56,930 nt of DNA from Porticoccaceae bacterium (GTDB lineage: Bacteria > Pseudomonadota > Gammaproteobacteria > Pseudomonadales > GM7GCV1). The first letter of the stretch is position 1, and each line of letters starts with the position of its first letter. The position numbers and the translations under genes were made by a program. A model generated the notes under the pieces. It was given only the letters and a program-made list of their open reading frames with translations, was not told where the DNA came from and did not search any database. The stretch spans positions 1-56,930 of the forward strand of contig JABJGI010000131.1 in NCBI GenBank assembly GCA_018662305.1. The letters run 5' to 3'. This document shows positions 17,709 through 27,258 of this stretch, piece by piece.

Positions 17709-19667
17709 ATGCGACCAGTCGGATCGAAATCAAATCCTCTGTGGAATCCCTCCATGCGCCAAAAGCAGCGGACTGCTATGTGGCGCTATGCCGAATTTAC
17801 CGCTGAGTATCATGGTGGTTCGCCCGAGGATTACCGGACACTGCATGAATGGTCCATCCGCAGCCCGGAAGAGTTCCATTCGTCACTTTGGGATTTTCTG
17901 GATATTCTTGGTGAAAAGGGTGAGCGTGCCTATCTTGGCAATGACAAGATGCGTGATGTGCAGTTTTATCCCGGCGCAAGACTCAACTATGCTGAAAACC
18001 TGCTGCAAAATGCGGATGAGAGAATTGCCATCATTGCGCACCGAGACGATGGTACCCGCCGCACCCTGACTCGGGCAGAGCTCTATGCTCAAGTTTCCCA
18101 GCTGGTACAGGCCTTGCGAGCAGAAGGTGTCAATGTCGGGGATCGCGTCGCCGCGATTGTGACCAACGACATGGAAGCAATAGTAGGTTACCTGGCGACA
18201 GCGGCGATAGGCGCAATTTGGTCTTCCTGCTCTCCCGACTTTGGTCCCACCGCTGCGAGTGATCGACTCTGTCAAATCGACCCAGATGTTCTATTGGCGG
18301 TGCCTAGCTACTCCTATGCTGGAAAATCTATTGATGTTAGCCCGACCATCAAGGCAGTGGCTGAAGGCTGTGACCTCAAGCGAATTATCTTAATAGGAGA
18401 AGAGGTTGATCCCGCTCTAGATCACCTGCCCTGTGTCAGTCTTGGTGACTACCTGGAACCTTGGGACGCGGGGACAATCCAATTTGAACGATTACCCTAT
18501 GATGCGCCTTTAGCGATCCTGTTTTCGTCTGGCACCACTGGAAAACCCAAATGTATTGTGCATTCCGCGATGGGGCTCTTGATTCAACACAAAAAAGAAT
18601 TGCTGCTTCATTGCGATATCGATAGGGAAACACGATTTTTCTACTTCACCACCTGTGGCTGGATGATGTGGAACTGGTTGGTGTCTGGACTGGCTCAAGA
18701 GGCAATCCTCATCACCTACGATGGGAATCCCTTTTATCCTGGGCGAGATCGACTGCTGGATTTGATTGACGAGGAAGACATTGAAGTATTCGGCACCTCG
18801 GCCAAATTTATTGATGCCTGCAGCAATTTTGGGATTCAACCAGGCACTTCTCACAAACTAGAATCCTTGCGCGAGATCCTTTCAACGGGCTCTCCTCTAG
18901 TGCCTGCAAGTTTTGAATATCTCTATGAAGAGTGGAAGTCGGATATTCAGGTGGCATCCATCTCTGGAGGCACAGACATCTGCGCATGTTTTCTAGGGGG
19001 CTGCCCATTGCTTCCCGTTTATTCGGGGGAGCTTCAGTGCAGTCTATTGGGGATGGATATCGATACTCTGGATGAGGATGGCAATTCGATTGAGGGCAGC
19101 CCTGGCGAATTGGTATGCAATAACGCCCAACTATCCATGCCTCTCAGCTTTTGGAATGACGACCAGGGCGAGAAATATCATCAGGCCTATTTCAGTCGAT
19201 TTGAGGGCATCTGGGCTCACGGTGACTATGTTGAAAAGAGGTCGTCCGGCGGATTTGTTATCCACGGAAGATCGGATACCACCTTGAATCCCGGTGGAGT
19301 TCGAATTGGCACAGCTGAAATCTACCGGCAGGTAGATAAGGTTCCAGAGGTGGAAGAGAGCGTGGCTGTGGGACAGGACTGGCAGGGAGATCAGCGCGTC
19401 ATACTCTTTGTGAAGCTTAAGGCTGGAGTCGGTCTGGATGACGAGCTGAAAACCGAGATTAAACAAAGGATTCGTGCTGGAGCAACGCCTCGACACGTAC
19501 CCGCCAAGATTATTGCTGTAGAAGCAATTCCGCGAACTCGATCTGGAAAGACTTCCGAGGTCGCCGTCAGAGATACCATTCATGGTAGATCTCTCAAAAA
19601 CACGGAATCCCTCGCAAATCCCGAGAGCGTAGAGCTCTACCAGAAGATTGAAGAACTTGGTCACTGA
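17709..19667 (+). CDS. Acetoacetate--CoA ligase (acetoacetyl-CoA synthetase)
   Basis: FSSGTTGKPKCIVH, FTTCGWMMWNWL, SGGTD and GRSDTTLNPGGVRIG motifs. Confidence 0.92.
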   Translation: MRPVGSKSNPLWNPSMRQKQRTAMWRYAEFTAEYHGGSPEDYRTLHEWSIRSPEEFHSSLWDFLDILGEKGERAYLGNDKMRDVQFYPGARLNYAENLLQNADERIAIIAHRDDGTRRTLTRAELYAQVSQLVQALRAEGVNVGDRVAAIVTNDMEAIVGYLATAAIGAIWSSCSPDFGPTAASDRLCQIDPDVLLAVPSYSYAGKSIDVSPTIKAVAEGCDLKRIILIGEEVDPALDHLPCVSLGDYLEPWDAGTIQFERLPYDAPLAILFSSGTTGKPKCIVHSAMGLLIQHKKELLLHCDIDRETRFFYFTTCGWMMWNWLVSGLAQEAILITYDGNPFYPGRDRLLDLIDEEDIEVFGTSAKFIDACSNFGIQPGTSHKLESLREILSTGSPLVPASFEYLYEEWKSDIQVASISGGTDICACFLGGCPLLPVYSGELQCSLLGMDIDTLDEDGNSIEGSPGELVCNNAQLSMPLSFWNDDQGEKYHQAYFSRFEGIWAHGDYVEKRSSGGFVIHGRSDTTLNPGGVRIGTAEIYRQVDKVPEVEESVAVGQDWQGDQRVILFVKLKAGVGLDDELKTEIKQRIRAGATPRHVPAKIIAVEAIPRTRSGKTSEVAVRDTIHGRSLKNTESLANPESVELYQKIEELGH

Positions 19668-19774
19668 TCTGTTTATTTGATCGCTTTCGCAAGTACTCTT
19701 TTTTTTACATATATGCTCTAATGATGCACCGCCCAACGGGCGGCGTTGTACTTTTAAAACGGGAGTTTTAGTTC

Positions 19775-20959
19775 ATGGGTTCCGAAGATTCTATTGTCAT
19801 TATTGACGGTGCACGTACTCCAATGGGGAGTTTCGGCGGCGTTTTTAGTTCTATGACTGCGGTTGAATTAGGCAGTATTGCCATCCAGGCAGCGGTAAAG
19901 AAGGCCGGTGTTAGCCCCAAAGATGTCGATGAAGTTTATATGGGCTGCGTACTGCAAGCTGGCTTGGGTCAGGCTCCCGCGCGACAGGCAGCTATTGCTG
20001 CTGACGTGCCGCATCGGGCTGGTGCGGTTACGGTAAATAAAGTCTGTGGCTCGGGAATGCAGGCGGCTATTTTTGCCCACGATCAGATTATGCTCGGCAG
20101 CGCCAAGATAGCGGTTGCCGGAGGCATGGAAAGCATGACCAATGCGCCTCACCTACTGATGAATGCCCGCTCGGGAATAGGCACGGGTCACAAAGAGATG
20201 CTGGATTGCATGTTTCTTGACGGACTTGAAGACGCCTACACTGCTAATTCCATGGGGAAATTTGCTCAGGAAACTGCAGATGCCCATGGTCTTACCCGTG
20301 AGGAGATGGATGTATTTGCCATCGAATCTTTAAACCGGGCAAACCAAGCCATCGATGAGGATATCCTCGGAGATGAAATCGTTCCGGTAAGCGTCAAGAC
20401 TCGGCGAGAGGAATATGTGGTTCGCCACGATGAGCAGCCACAGATTGCCAAGGTCAACAAAATACCCTCCCTAAAACCCGCCTTCACCAGAGACGGCACG
20501 ATAACGGCGGCTAACTCCAGTTCCATCTCTGACGGCGCATCTGCATTGGTCTTGGCTGGCGCAAATCACGCTGAGGAATTGGGTCTCAAGCCGATGGCGA
20601 AGATAGTGGCCTATGGGCGTCACTCGCTGGCGCCGCAGCTTTTCACTACTGCGCCTATAGGTGCAATACAGAAAATATTTGAGCTCACTGGTTGGGATAA
20701 GGAATCGACCGATCTTTTTGAAGTTAATGAGGCATTTGCCATGGTGGCTCAGCTAACGATAAGAGAGCTCGGCCTAGATCCCACCAAAGTAAATGTCCAC
20801 GGTGGTGCCTGCGCGCAAGGCCATCCTCTGGGCTCAACCGCCAGTCGTGTAATCGTCAGTTTGATGTATGCCTTGAAGCGTTACGGTAAAAAACGCGGGA
20901 TTGCATCCATGTGTATTGGAGGAGGGGAAGCGCTCGCCATGGCCATAGAAATGTTGTGA
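19775..20959 (+). CDS. Acetyl-CoA C-acetyltransferase (thiolase)
   Basis: VNKVCGSG, NEAF, GHPLG and CIGGG motifs. Confidence 0.95.
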   Translation: MGSEDSIVIIDGARTPMGSFGGVFSSMTAVELGSIAIQAAVKKAGVSPKDVDEVYMGCVLQAGLGQAPARQAAIAADVPHRAGAVTVNKVCGSGMQAAIFAHDQIMLGSAKIAVAGGMESMTNAPHLLMNARSGIGTGHKEMLDCMFLDGLEDAYTANSMGKFAQETADAHGLTREEMDVFAIESLNRANQAIDEDILGDEIVPVSVKTRREEYVVRHDEQPQIAKVNKIPSLKPAFTRDGTITAANSSSISDGASALVLAGANHAEELGLKPMAKIVAYGRHSLAPQLFTTAPIGAIQKIFELTGWDKESTDLFEVNEAFAMVAQLTIRELGLDPTKVNVHGGACAQGHPLGSTASRVIVSLMYALKRYGKKRGIASMCIGGGEALAMAIEML

Positions 20960-20989
20960 CGCAACTTGCCTATTGGCGAGGAACTTTAA

Positions 20990-22768
20990 TTAGATTTTTT
21001 CATCTTGAGTAAATAGGCTCTCAAGCTCTTTGCGGCCTTCCTTTGCGAGCTCTGTGAGTTTCTGAAAATCTTCTTTGTACTCTACTGCCTCTCGCAGTAG
21101 CTTTTCGTCGTGCTCTCGAAATATTTCAACCTTATCGATGGCTTGTGCTTCGGTGTAGCCTAGCGAAGCCAAGGTTTCTTGAGCCGCCTCGAGGCCGCTG
21201 GCGAAATATTCCCGGAAAACATGATCGACGTTCAGCGCATGCAGTTGATAGGCGTGATTTCGATTTACTGCGCGGGCAATAATGCGCAAGTCAGGGTATT
21301 TCTTTTTTACGGTTTCAATAATGGCGATGGAGTCTTCCGAGTTCACACAGACCACCATGAGCTGTGCATGGCCAATACCCGCAGCTTCTAAAACATCTAT
21401 TCGAGAGCCATCCCCGTAAAAAATCTTGTTGCCAAAGCGGCGAACAAAATCTACATGGGATGAGCTTTTATCCAAGGCCGTGAAGGGAATATCGTTTGCC
21501 GCCAGCATTCTGCCAATAATTTGTCCAAAACGGCCGAAGCCAGCGATGATCACCTCGGGTTCGTGAGATTCTGGGCTGGTGTCATAATCATCGCCCGCAT
21601 CTGTATGTCCTTTGGTATCGGAGACCTTTGACCAAAGGGAGACAAGCGGAGAGGTGAGCGCCATAGAAAGCCCAACGGTCAGTACAATCTGATTGACCAG
21701 TGCCACTTCCATAAAACCCAAACTGAGGGATTGGCTGAGTACCACAAAGGCAAATTCACCGCCTTGGGAAAGCATAAGACCTAGGCTAACGCTGTCGCGC
21801 CAGTTTTGTCCTGTTAGCCTCACTAGGCCGGCGATTACCGAAGTTTTTAGAACCAGGAGTATCAGAGCGCCACCAAAGATCAGTAGCGGATCACTCAACA
21901 TTAGGCTCAGATCCAGAGTCATTCCCACGGCAATAAAGAATAGCCCCAGCAACAGTCCTTTGAATGGCTCAATATCGGTCTGAAGCTGATGTCGAAAACT
22001 GGAATTGGCCAGCATGATGCCGGCGGTAAAGGCTCCAAGGCCCATGGAGAGACCGACCCATTCCACCAGAACAGCGGTCCCCAGCACGATAAGCAGTGCG
22101 GCTGCTGTCATGATTTCGCGGCTGCCGTACTGTGCAACTAAATGGAGGCAGGGGTTGAGAAGATAGCGGCTGGCAACCAGTAGACCAGCGATTGAGCCCA
22201 ATGAAATTAAGCCGTCGACAAAGTTGCCGGGATTTTCAGATGCAGCCTGGCCGGCCCAGATCGAAACCAGAACCAAAATAGGGATAACGGCAATATCCTG
22301 CAGCAGCAGAATGGAAAAACCTTTGCGCCCCAGTGCACTGGCGATAATGCCTCGCTCTGCCATAAGTTGTAGAGCAAAGGCGGTTGAGGAAAGCCCAAGG
22401 GTCAGGCCAAGTGCAATCGAAATCTTGCCAGTGGTTCCCGCGACAAAATAGAAAAGCAGGCAAAGCAAAATTGCGCTGATCACTAGCTGCCCACCGCCAA
22501 GCATGAGAATTTGAGATCTCATGCGCCAAAGTTTATCTGGCGCGAGTTCCAGCCCTATCACGAAGAGCAGCATCACCACGCCGAACTCGGCAAAATGCAA
22601 GGCAGCACTGGGGTCTTCAACCAGATGCAGGGTGCTTGGGCCAATCAATGCGCCTGCGGTAAGGTAGCCAAGAATTGAACCCAGACCAATTCGGCGAAAT
22701 ATGGGCACAGCAATTACGCTAGCCAGAAGGTAAAAGAGCACACTTTCCAGCAAATGATGTTCTTCCAT
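20990..22768 (-). CDS. kefC: Glutathione-gated K+ efflux protein (KefB/KefC, CPA2 family)
   Basis: Multi-TM N-terminus; HQLQTDIEPFKGLLLGLFF loop; KTN domain GFGRFG. Confidence 0.88.
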   Translation of the reverse strand: MEEHHLLESVLFYLLASVIAVPIFRRIGLGSILGYLTAGALIGPSTLHLVEDPSAALHFAEFGVVMLLFVIGLELAPDKLWRMRSQILMLGGGQLVISAILLCLLFYFVAGTTGKISIALGLTLGLSSTAFALQLMAERGIIASALGRKGFSILLLQDIAVIPILVLVSIWAGQAASENPGNFVDGLISLGSIAGLLVASRYLLNPCLHLVAQYGSREIMTAAALLIVLGTAVLVEWVGLSMGLGAFTAGIMLANSSFRHQLQTDIEPFKGLLLGLFFIAVGMTLDLSLMLSDPLLIFGGALILLVLKTSVIAGLVRLTGQNWRDSVSLGLMLSQGGEFAFVVLSQSLSLGFMEVALVNQIVLTVGLSMALTSPLVSLWSKVSDTKGHTDAGDDYDTSPESHEPEVIIAGFGRFGQIIGRMLAANDIPFTALDKSSSHVDFVRRFGNKIFYGDGSRIDVLEAAGIGHAQLMVVCVNSEDSIAIIETVKKKYPDLRIIARAVNRNHAYQLHALNVDHVFREYFASGLEAAQETLASLGYTEAQAIDKVEIFREHDEKLLREAVEYKEDFQKLTELAKEGRKELESLFTQDEKI

Positions 22769-22926
22769 TGTTTACGCCTTTTGATTTGAATCCAAATTAG
22801 GTTTTGTCGGCCCCAAAAAGATCAAGGGCTGAGTTGATTTTACTCTGGTATATATCGGACGGCGATTCGTGGACTTAATTAGAGTTAACCAAGTATGATC
22901 TGGGATAGATAAGCGGGGCCTAGCGA

Positions 22927-25652
22927 ATGAAAAAGTCGAATATCGCCATCTGGAAACGGGATTGGTTCTTGGCGCTGATTCTATCAGCGTTATTCTTGGT
23001 ATTTTCCCAATCTGCACTTCTGCAGAGCATTGAAAGATTTGCCTACGATTGGGGTTTGCGCGCTTCTTCTGGACAACCCAGTGACCGAGTTGCGGTTATT
23101 GCCATCGACGACGAGAGCATAAGCAATATTGGCCGTTGGCCTTGGTCCCGTGAAATTCACGCAGAAATGATTGATGTGCTTTCCGAGGCCGGCGCCAAGG
23201 TAATAGGACATACCTCCTTCTTTTTCGAACCGCAACGGGATCCCGGGCTGGATATCGTTGAGAGCATCGGTATCTATTTGGAAGATTTTGGCCTTGCTGC
23301 TACCGATTTCGACGCGGACGGTTTTCCCGTATCAGTTCCAGGTTATGGTTTTGAAGAGCTGCGAGCCGTTATTAACGATGAATGGCCCTTATTAGAGCCG
23401 GGTGAAGATGAAGACCCTGAGGCCTTTGCTGAGCGGCAGGCAGCCAGTATCGAAAATCTCTCATTCGCTATTGAGGCGCTAGAGCTGCCCGCAGCGGAGC
23501 TTCATACACAGGTGTTCGCTGCCGTCGAAGCATTAGATGTAGATCAGATTCTTGCTAACAGTGTCGCTGAAGCAGGGAATGTGGTTTTGCCAATGTTTTT
23601 CTATGTGGGCCAACCACTGGGCAACCCGGATATGGCGATGCCCTCTTTTATTTCTGATACCAGCGCGCTGTTTAATATTCAGGATAACGTGCAAGCTGCG
23701 CAAAATGGTTTGTACCCTCTTGAATCACTCGGATTTGAAACGCCTATAGATGTTTTAGGCAGTTGGGCAGCTGGGGTTGGACATTTAAATGCGCTGCTCG
23801 ATGTCGATGGCGGTATTCGTTCAGAGCCTTTGGTGCTGGACTATTTCGGTGAGTCCTATCCCTCTCTGTCTCTTTTACTAGCGGCTCAGAGCTTAAACCT
23901 CAGCGTAGACGATGTTGTAGTGAAGCTCGGCGAAGGTGTTGATGTTGGTGGGCTGAGCATCGGCACAGATGACACCTTGCAAATGAATACCTTCTTTTAC
24001 ACGGAGCAAAATGGTCTTCCGCCTTTTCAGGTGGACTCCTTTTATGACGTGATATCTGGAGCCATTCCCGCGAGTAAATATCAGGACAAAATTGTTTTGA
24101 TTGGTTCCACTGCGGTCGGGTCGGGTTGGGTGCCACTCAGGTAACACCGGTTGATCCCGCTATGGCGCCAGTAGTGACCCTTGCGCATTCGGTGTCCAGC
24201 ATCCTCAATGAAGATTTCTTCACTAGCCCCAGTTGGAGTGTTTACGCCAGTCTTGGAGCCTTGTTGCTTGTTGCGCTCTATTTAATGCTGCTTTTGCCAC
24301 GCCTGAACGGCCGTGGTGGAGCTGTCCTTACTGTCGGCCTATTTGCTCTATTGGTAGTTGCGCACTATGTTTTGATGACCCAGCAATCCATGTGGGTGCC
24401 CTTGATGATTCCCGCAGCTTTATTGCTTGTCGGCTATACCCTCTTGTCGACGAAACAATTTCTGGTGGCAGAAGCCGGCAAGCGTATGTCGGATATGGAG
24501 TCTTCTGAAAGTAACCGCATGCTGGGTCTGGCATTTCAAAGCCAGGGTCAACTGGATATGGCCTTTGAGAAGTTTCGCAAGTGCCCCAAAGACGAGCAGA
24601 TTGCCGAGCCGGTTTACAACCTCGCGCTGGATTTTGAACGAAAACGCCAATTCGCCAAAGCCGGTGCTGCTTATCAATATGTTTATGATTTTGCGCCGGA
24701 CTTTAAAGACGTTAAAGAACGCATCGAACGCAGCAAGAAAATGGAAGACACCGTTATTCTCGGCGGTAGTGGTCATGCCGGTGCGGAACTCAGCTTGGAT
24801 ACTGCTGAGAAGCCCATGCTTGGTCGATATCAAGTTCAGAAGGAGCTGGGCAAAGGAGCCATGGGTATTGTTTATTTGGGCGAAGATCCGAAGATTAACC
24901 GCACCGTGGCCATTAAAACCATGGCGCTTTCACAGGAGTTTGAGGAAGACGAACTCGAGGATGTTAAGGAACGGTTTTTCCGAGAAGCGGAGACCGCAGG
25001 TCGCCTAAACCATCCCAATATCGTGACAATTTATGATGCCGGTGAGGAGCATGATCTGGCCTATATCGCCATGGAGTTTCTCAAAGGTAAAGATTTAGCG
25101 CCGCAGACCAAAAAGGACAATTTGCTTTCTCTCGGTAAGTCGATTGAGCTGACCCTAAAGTGTGCTTCGGCCCTCGATTATGCTCACAAGCAAAATGTAG
25201 TGCATCGAGATATCAAGCCGGCAAACGTGATGTATGACCCGGAATCTGGTGAGATCAAGATTACTGACTTTGGTATTGCCCGAATCACCGATTCAAGTAA
25301 AACCAAAACCGGTATGGTTCTGGGAACTCCTAGCTATATGTCGCCTGAGCAACTGGCGGGCAAGAAGGTTGACGGTCGATCCGATCTCTTTTCCCTTGCC
25401 GTGATGCTCTACCAGCTGTTGACAGGAAGCCTGCCCTTTCAGGCGGAGTCTATGGCAACCCTGATGTACAAGATAACTAATGATCCTCATCCGCGTGTGC
25501 GTGAGATGAATGCCAGCTTGCCTGAAGAGTTCGAAGCATTCTTTGAAAAAGCCCTGGCCAAGGAAGCCGATGAGAGATTTCAGAGCGGTGCAGAGTTGTC
25601 GCGCGCACTGAAAGACACGGTTAGAAAAATAAAAGAAAGACAAAAAGGTTAA
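22927..25652 (+). pseudogene. CHASE2-domain membrane Ser/Thr kinase split by a 5-bp duplication (ORFs 22927-24144 and 24126-25652)
   Basis: CHASE2 motifs IDDESI..IGRWPWSR, DVDGGIRS and KIVLIG; then TMs and a Hanks kinase (GKGAMG, VAIK, HRDIKPAN, DFG). Deleting one TCGGG restores a single 906-aa ORF. Confidence 0.85.
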
Positions 25653-25654
25653 TC

Positions 25655-26488
25655 ATGGACCTGACCGAAAGCATTGAGATAGTTTGCCGCACGGATACGG
25701 GACAAAAAAGAGAACACAATGAAGACGCGGTGGGCTCTGACAATAGCTTGGGCCTAGTTGTATTGGCCGATGGTATGGGTGGGTATCAGGCCGGAGAAGT
25801 CGCTAGCGAAATGGCGGTTAATATCGTTTTGTCTGATATTCAGGACAACTATCAGGAAGCGATGACAGAAGAGGTGGACGATTTCACCGGCATGTCCCCA
25901 GCCAGCACCCTGATTGAAAATGCCATTGTGAAAGCCAATTCCGCCATTCACTCTTCGGCGCAGCAAAAGAGTCAATATCAGGGAATGGGGACGACTATCG
26001 TCGTCGCCCTGATGCACGAAAACATTGTTTCCATTGGGCATGTTGGAGATTCGCGACTCTACCGGTTGCGGGACGAGAAACTGGAATTGATCACCGAAGA
26101 TCACTCGCTAGTGCGTGAGCTGGTGCGCAAGGGCTATTACACAGAGGCCGAAGCTCGAGAAGCGACCAACAAAAATGTGGTTACTCGGGCCCTTGGCGTT
26201 GATTCAGAAGTTGAGCCTGAGGTACAGGAAGACATGGCGCTTTTGGACGACCTCTATTTGCTTTGTTCTGATGGCCTCAACGACATGATTGAAGATCGGG
26301 AAATCGAGGATATTTTGCTTCGCTATGGCGCTGATCTCGAGCAAACGGCAGATCAGTTAATTCAACTTGCTAATCAGATGGGAGGAAAAGACAATATATC
26401 CGCTATACTTTTGAGACCGGTTAGGCCCTTCGTCACCAAGCTGACACTGTTTGGACGCGTGGGACGCTGGTTTACCGCTAAAAAATAG
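25655..26488 (+). CDS. PP2C-type Ser/Thr phosphatase (Stp1/PrpC-like)
   Basis: REHNED, ADGMGG, HVGDSR, LCSDG and GGKDN motifs. Confidence 0.95.
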   Translation: MDLTESIEIVCRTDTGQKREHNEDAVGSDNSLGLVVLADGMGGYQAGEVASEMAVNIVLSDIQDNYQEAMTEEVDDFTGMSPASTLIENAIVKANSAIHSSAQQKSQYQGMGTTIVVALMHENIVSIGHVGDSRLYRLRDEKLELITEDHSLVRELVRKGYYTEAEAREATNKNVVTRALGVDSEVEPEVQEDMALLDDLYLLCSDGLNDMIEDREIEDILLRYGADLEQTADQLIQLANQMGGKDNISAILLRPVRPFVTKLTLFGRVGRWFTAKK

Positions 26489-26506
26489 GCTGATCAATAA
26501 AGCACC

Positions 26507-27214
26507 ATGCAAGCTAAACTGCTGATAACTCTCAACAATACTCTGGTTTCCGAGCACAGTTTGGAAGGCGAAGTTACCAGTATTGGTCGCAAATCTGACA
26601 GCGATATCCACATCGATAATCCAGCTGTTAGCGGCAAACACGCACGGGTTCTATATATCGGTGGCGAAGCGTTTTTGGAAGATTTGGAAAGCACCAATGG
26701 TACTTTCGTAAATAGTGAACGAATTACCAAGCACCTTCTTAAAAACGGTGATCTGATTTCCATTGGTCAGCACCAGCTGAAATTTGAGGGTGCGGCGGAA
26801 GAAGAAGGTGATCTAGATAAAACCCTTGTTATAAAACCATACGCGCCCGGCATGGAGGGAACCGCTGCATTTGAGGCGGCGGCTCTCGAAAAAGAGAAGC
26901 AACAGAAAGAGGCAGAGGCTAGGGCAGCGGATGTTTCAGATGAAGAACGTCCGGCGCTTCTGCAATTGCTGTCTGGCCCCAATAACGGCAAAAAAATGGC
27001 GCTCACCAAATCGATTACGCGTCTCGGAAAACCTGGAGAGCAGGTTGCTGCCATCGCCAAGCGTCCAGCGGGCTATTTTGTTATGCATCTTGGAGGCAAT
27101 ACGCCTCAGCCCATTGTGAATGGCGCTAATGTCGGTACTCAGGCTACGGAGTTAAAGCACGGAGACATTATCGAAGTGGGCAAGATTCGAATGAAGATAT
27201 TGATCCCTAGCTAG
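26507..27214 (+). CDS. FHA-domain protein (one canonical plus one degenerate FHA-like domain)
   Basis: IGR...VSGKHA...STNGT canonical FHA; C-terminal domain ends LKHGDIIEVG. Confidence 0.9.
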   Translation: MQAKLLITLNNTLVSEHSLEGEVTSIGRKSDSDIHIDNPAVSGKHARVLYIGGEAFLEDLESTNGTFVNSERITKHLLKNGDLISIGQHQLKFEGAAEEEGDLDKTLVIKPYAPGMEGTAAFEAAALEKEKQQKEAEARAADVSDEERPALLQLLSGPNNGKKMALTKSITRLGKPGEQVAAIAKRPAGYFVMHLGGNTPQPIVNGANVGTQATELKHGDIIEVGKIRMKILIPS

Positions 27215-27258
27215 GCCTCCGATAGCTCGAACCAAAATCCAGACCCCTTGGTCACTCC

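Noticed and set aside
19131-19736. 201-aa antisense ORF and similar shadow ORFs (e.g. 24427-25008, 37643-38029)
   Set aside because: They overlap well-supported genes and carry no recognisable motifs.
20981-21007. GAACTT-N16-TCTTG possible sigmaE promoter antisense to kefC
   Set aside because: The -10 match is poor and no terminator-bounded unit follows.
20990-22768. Kef gene without an adjacent kefF/kefG
   Set aside because: Stand-alone Kef systems are known outside the enterics.
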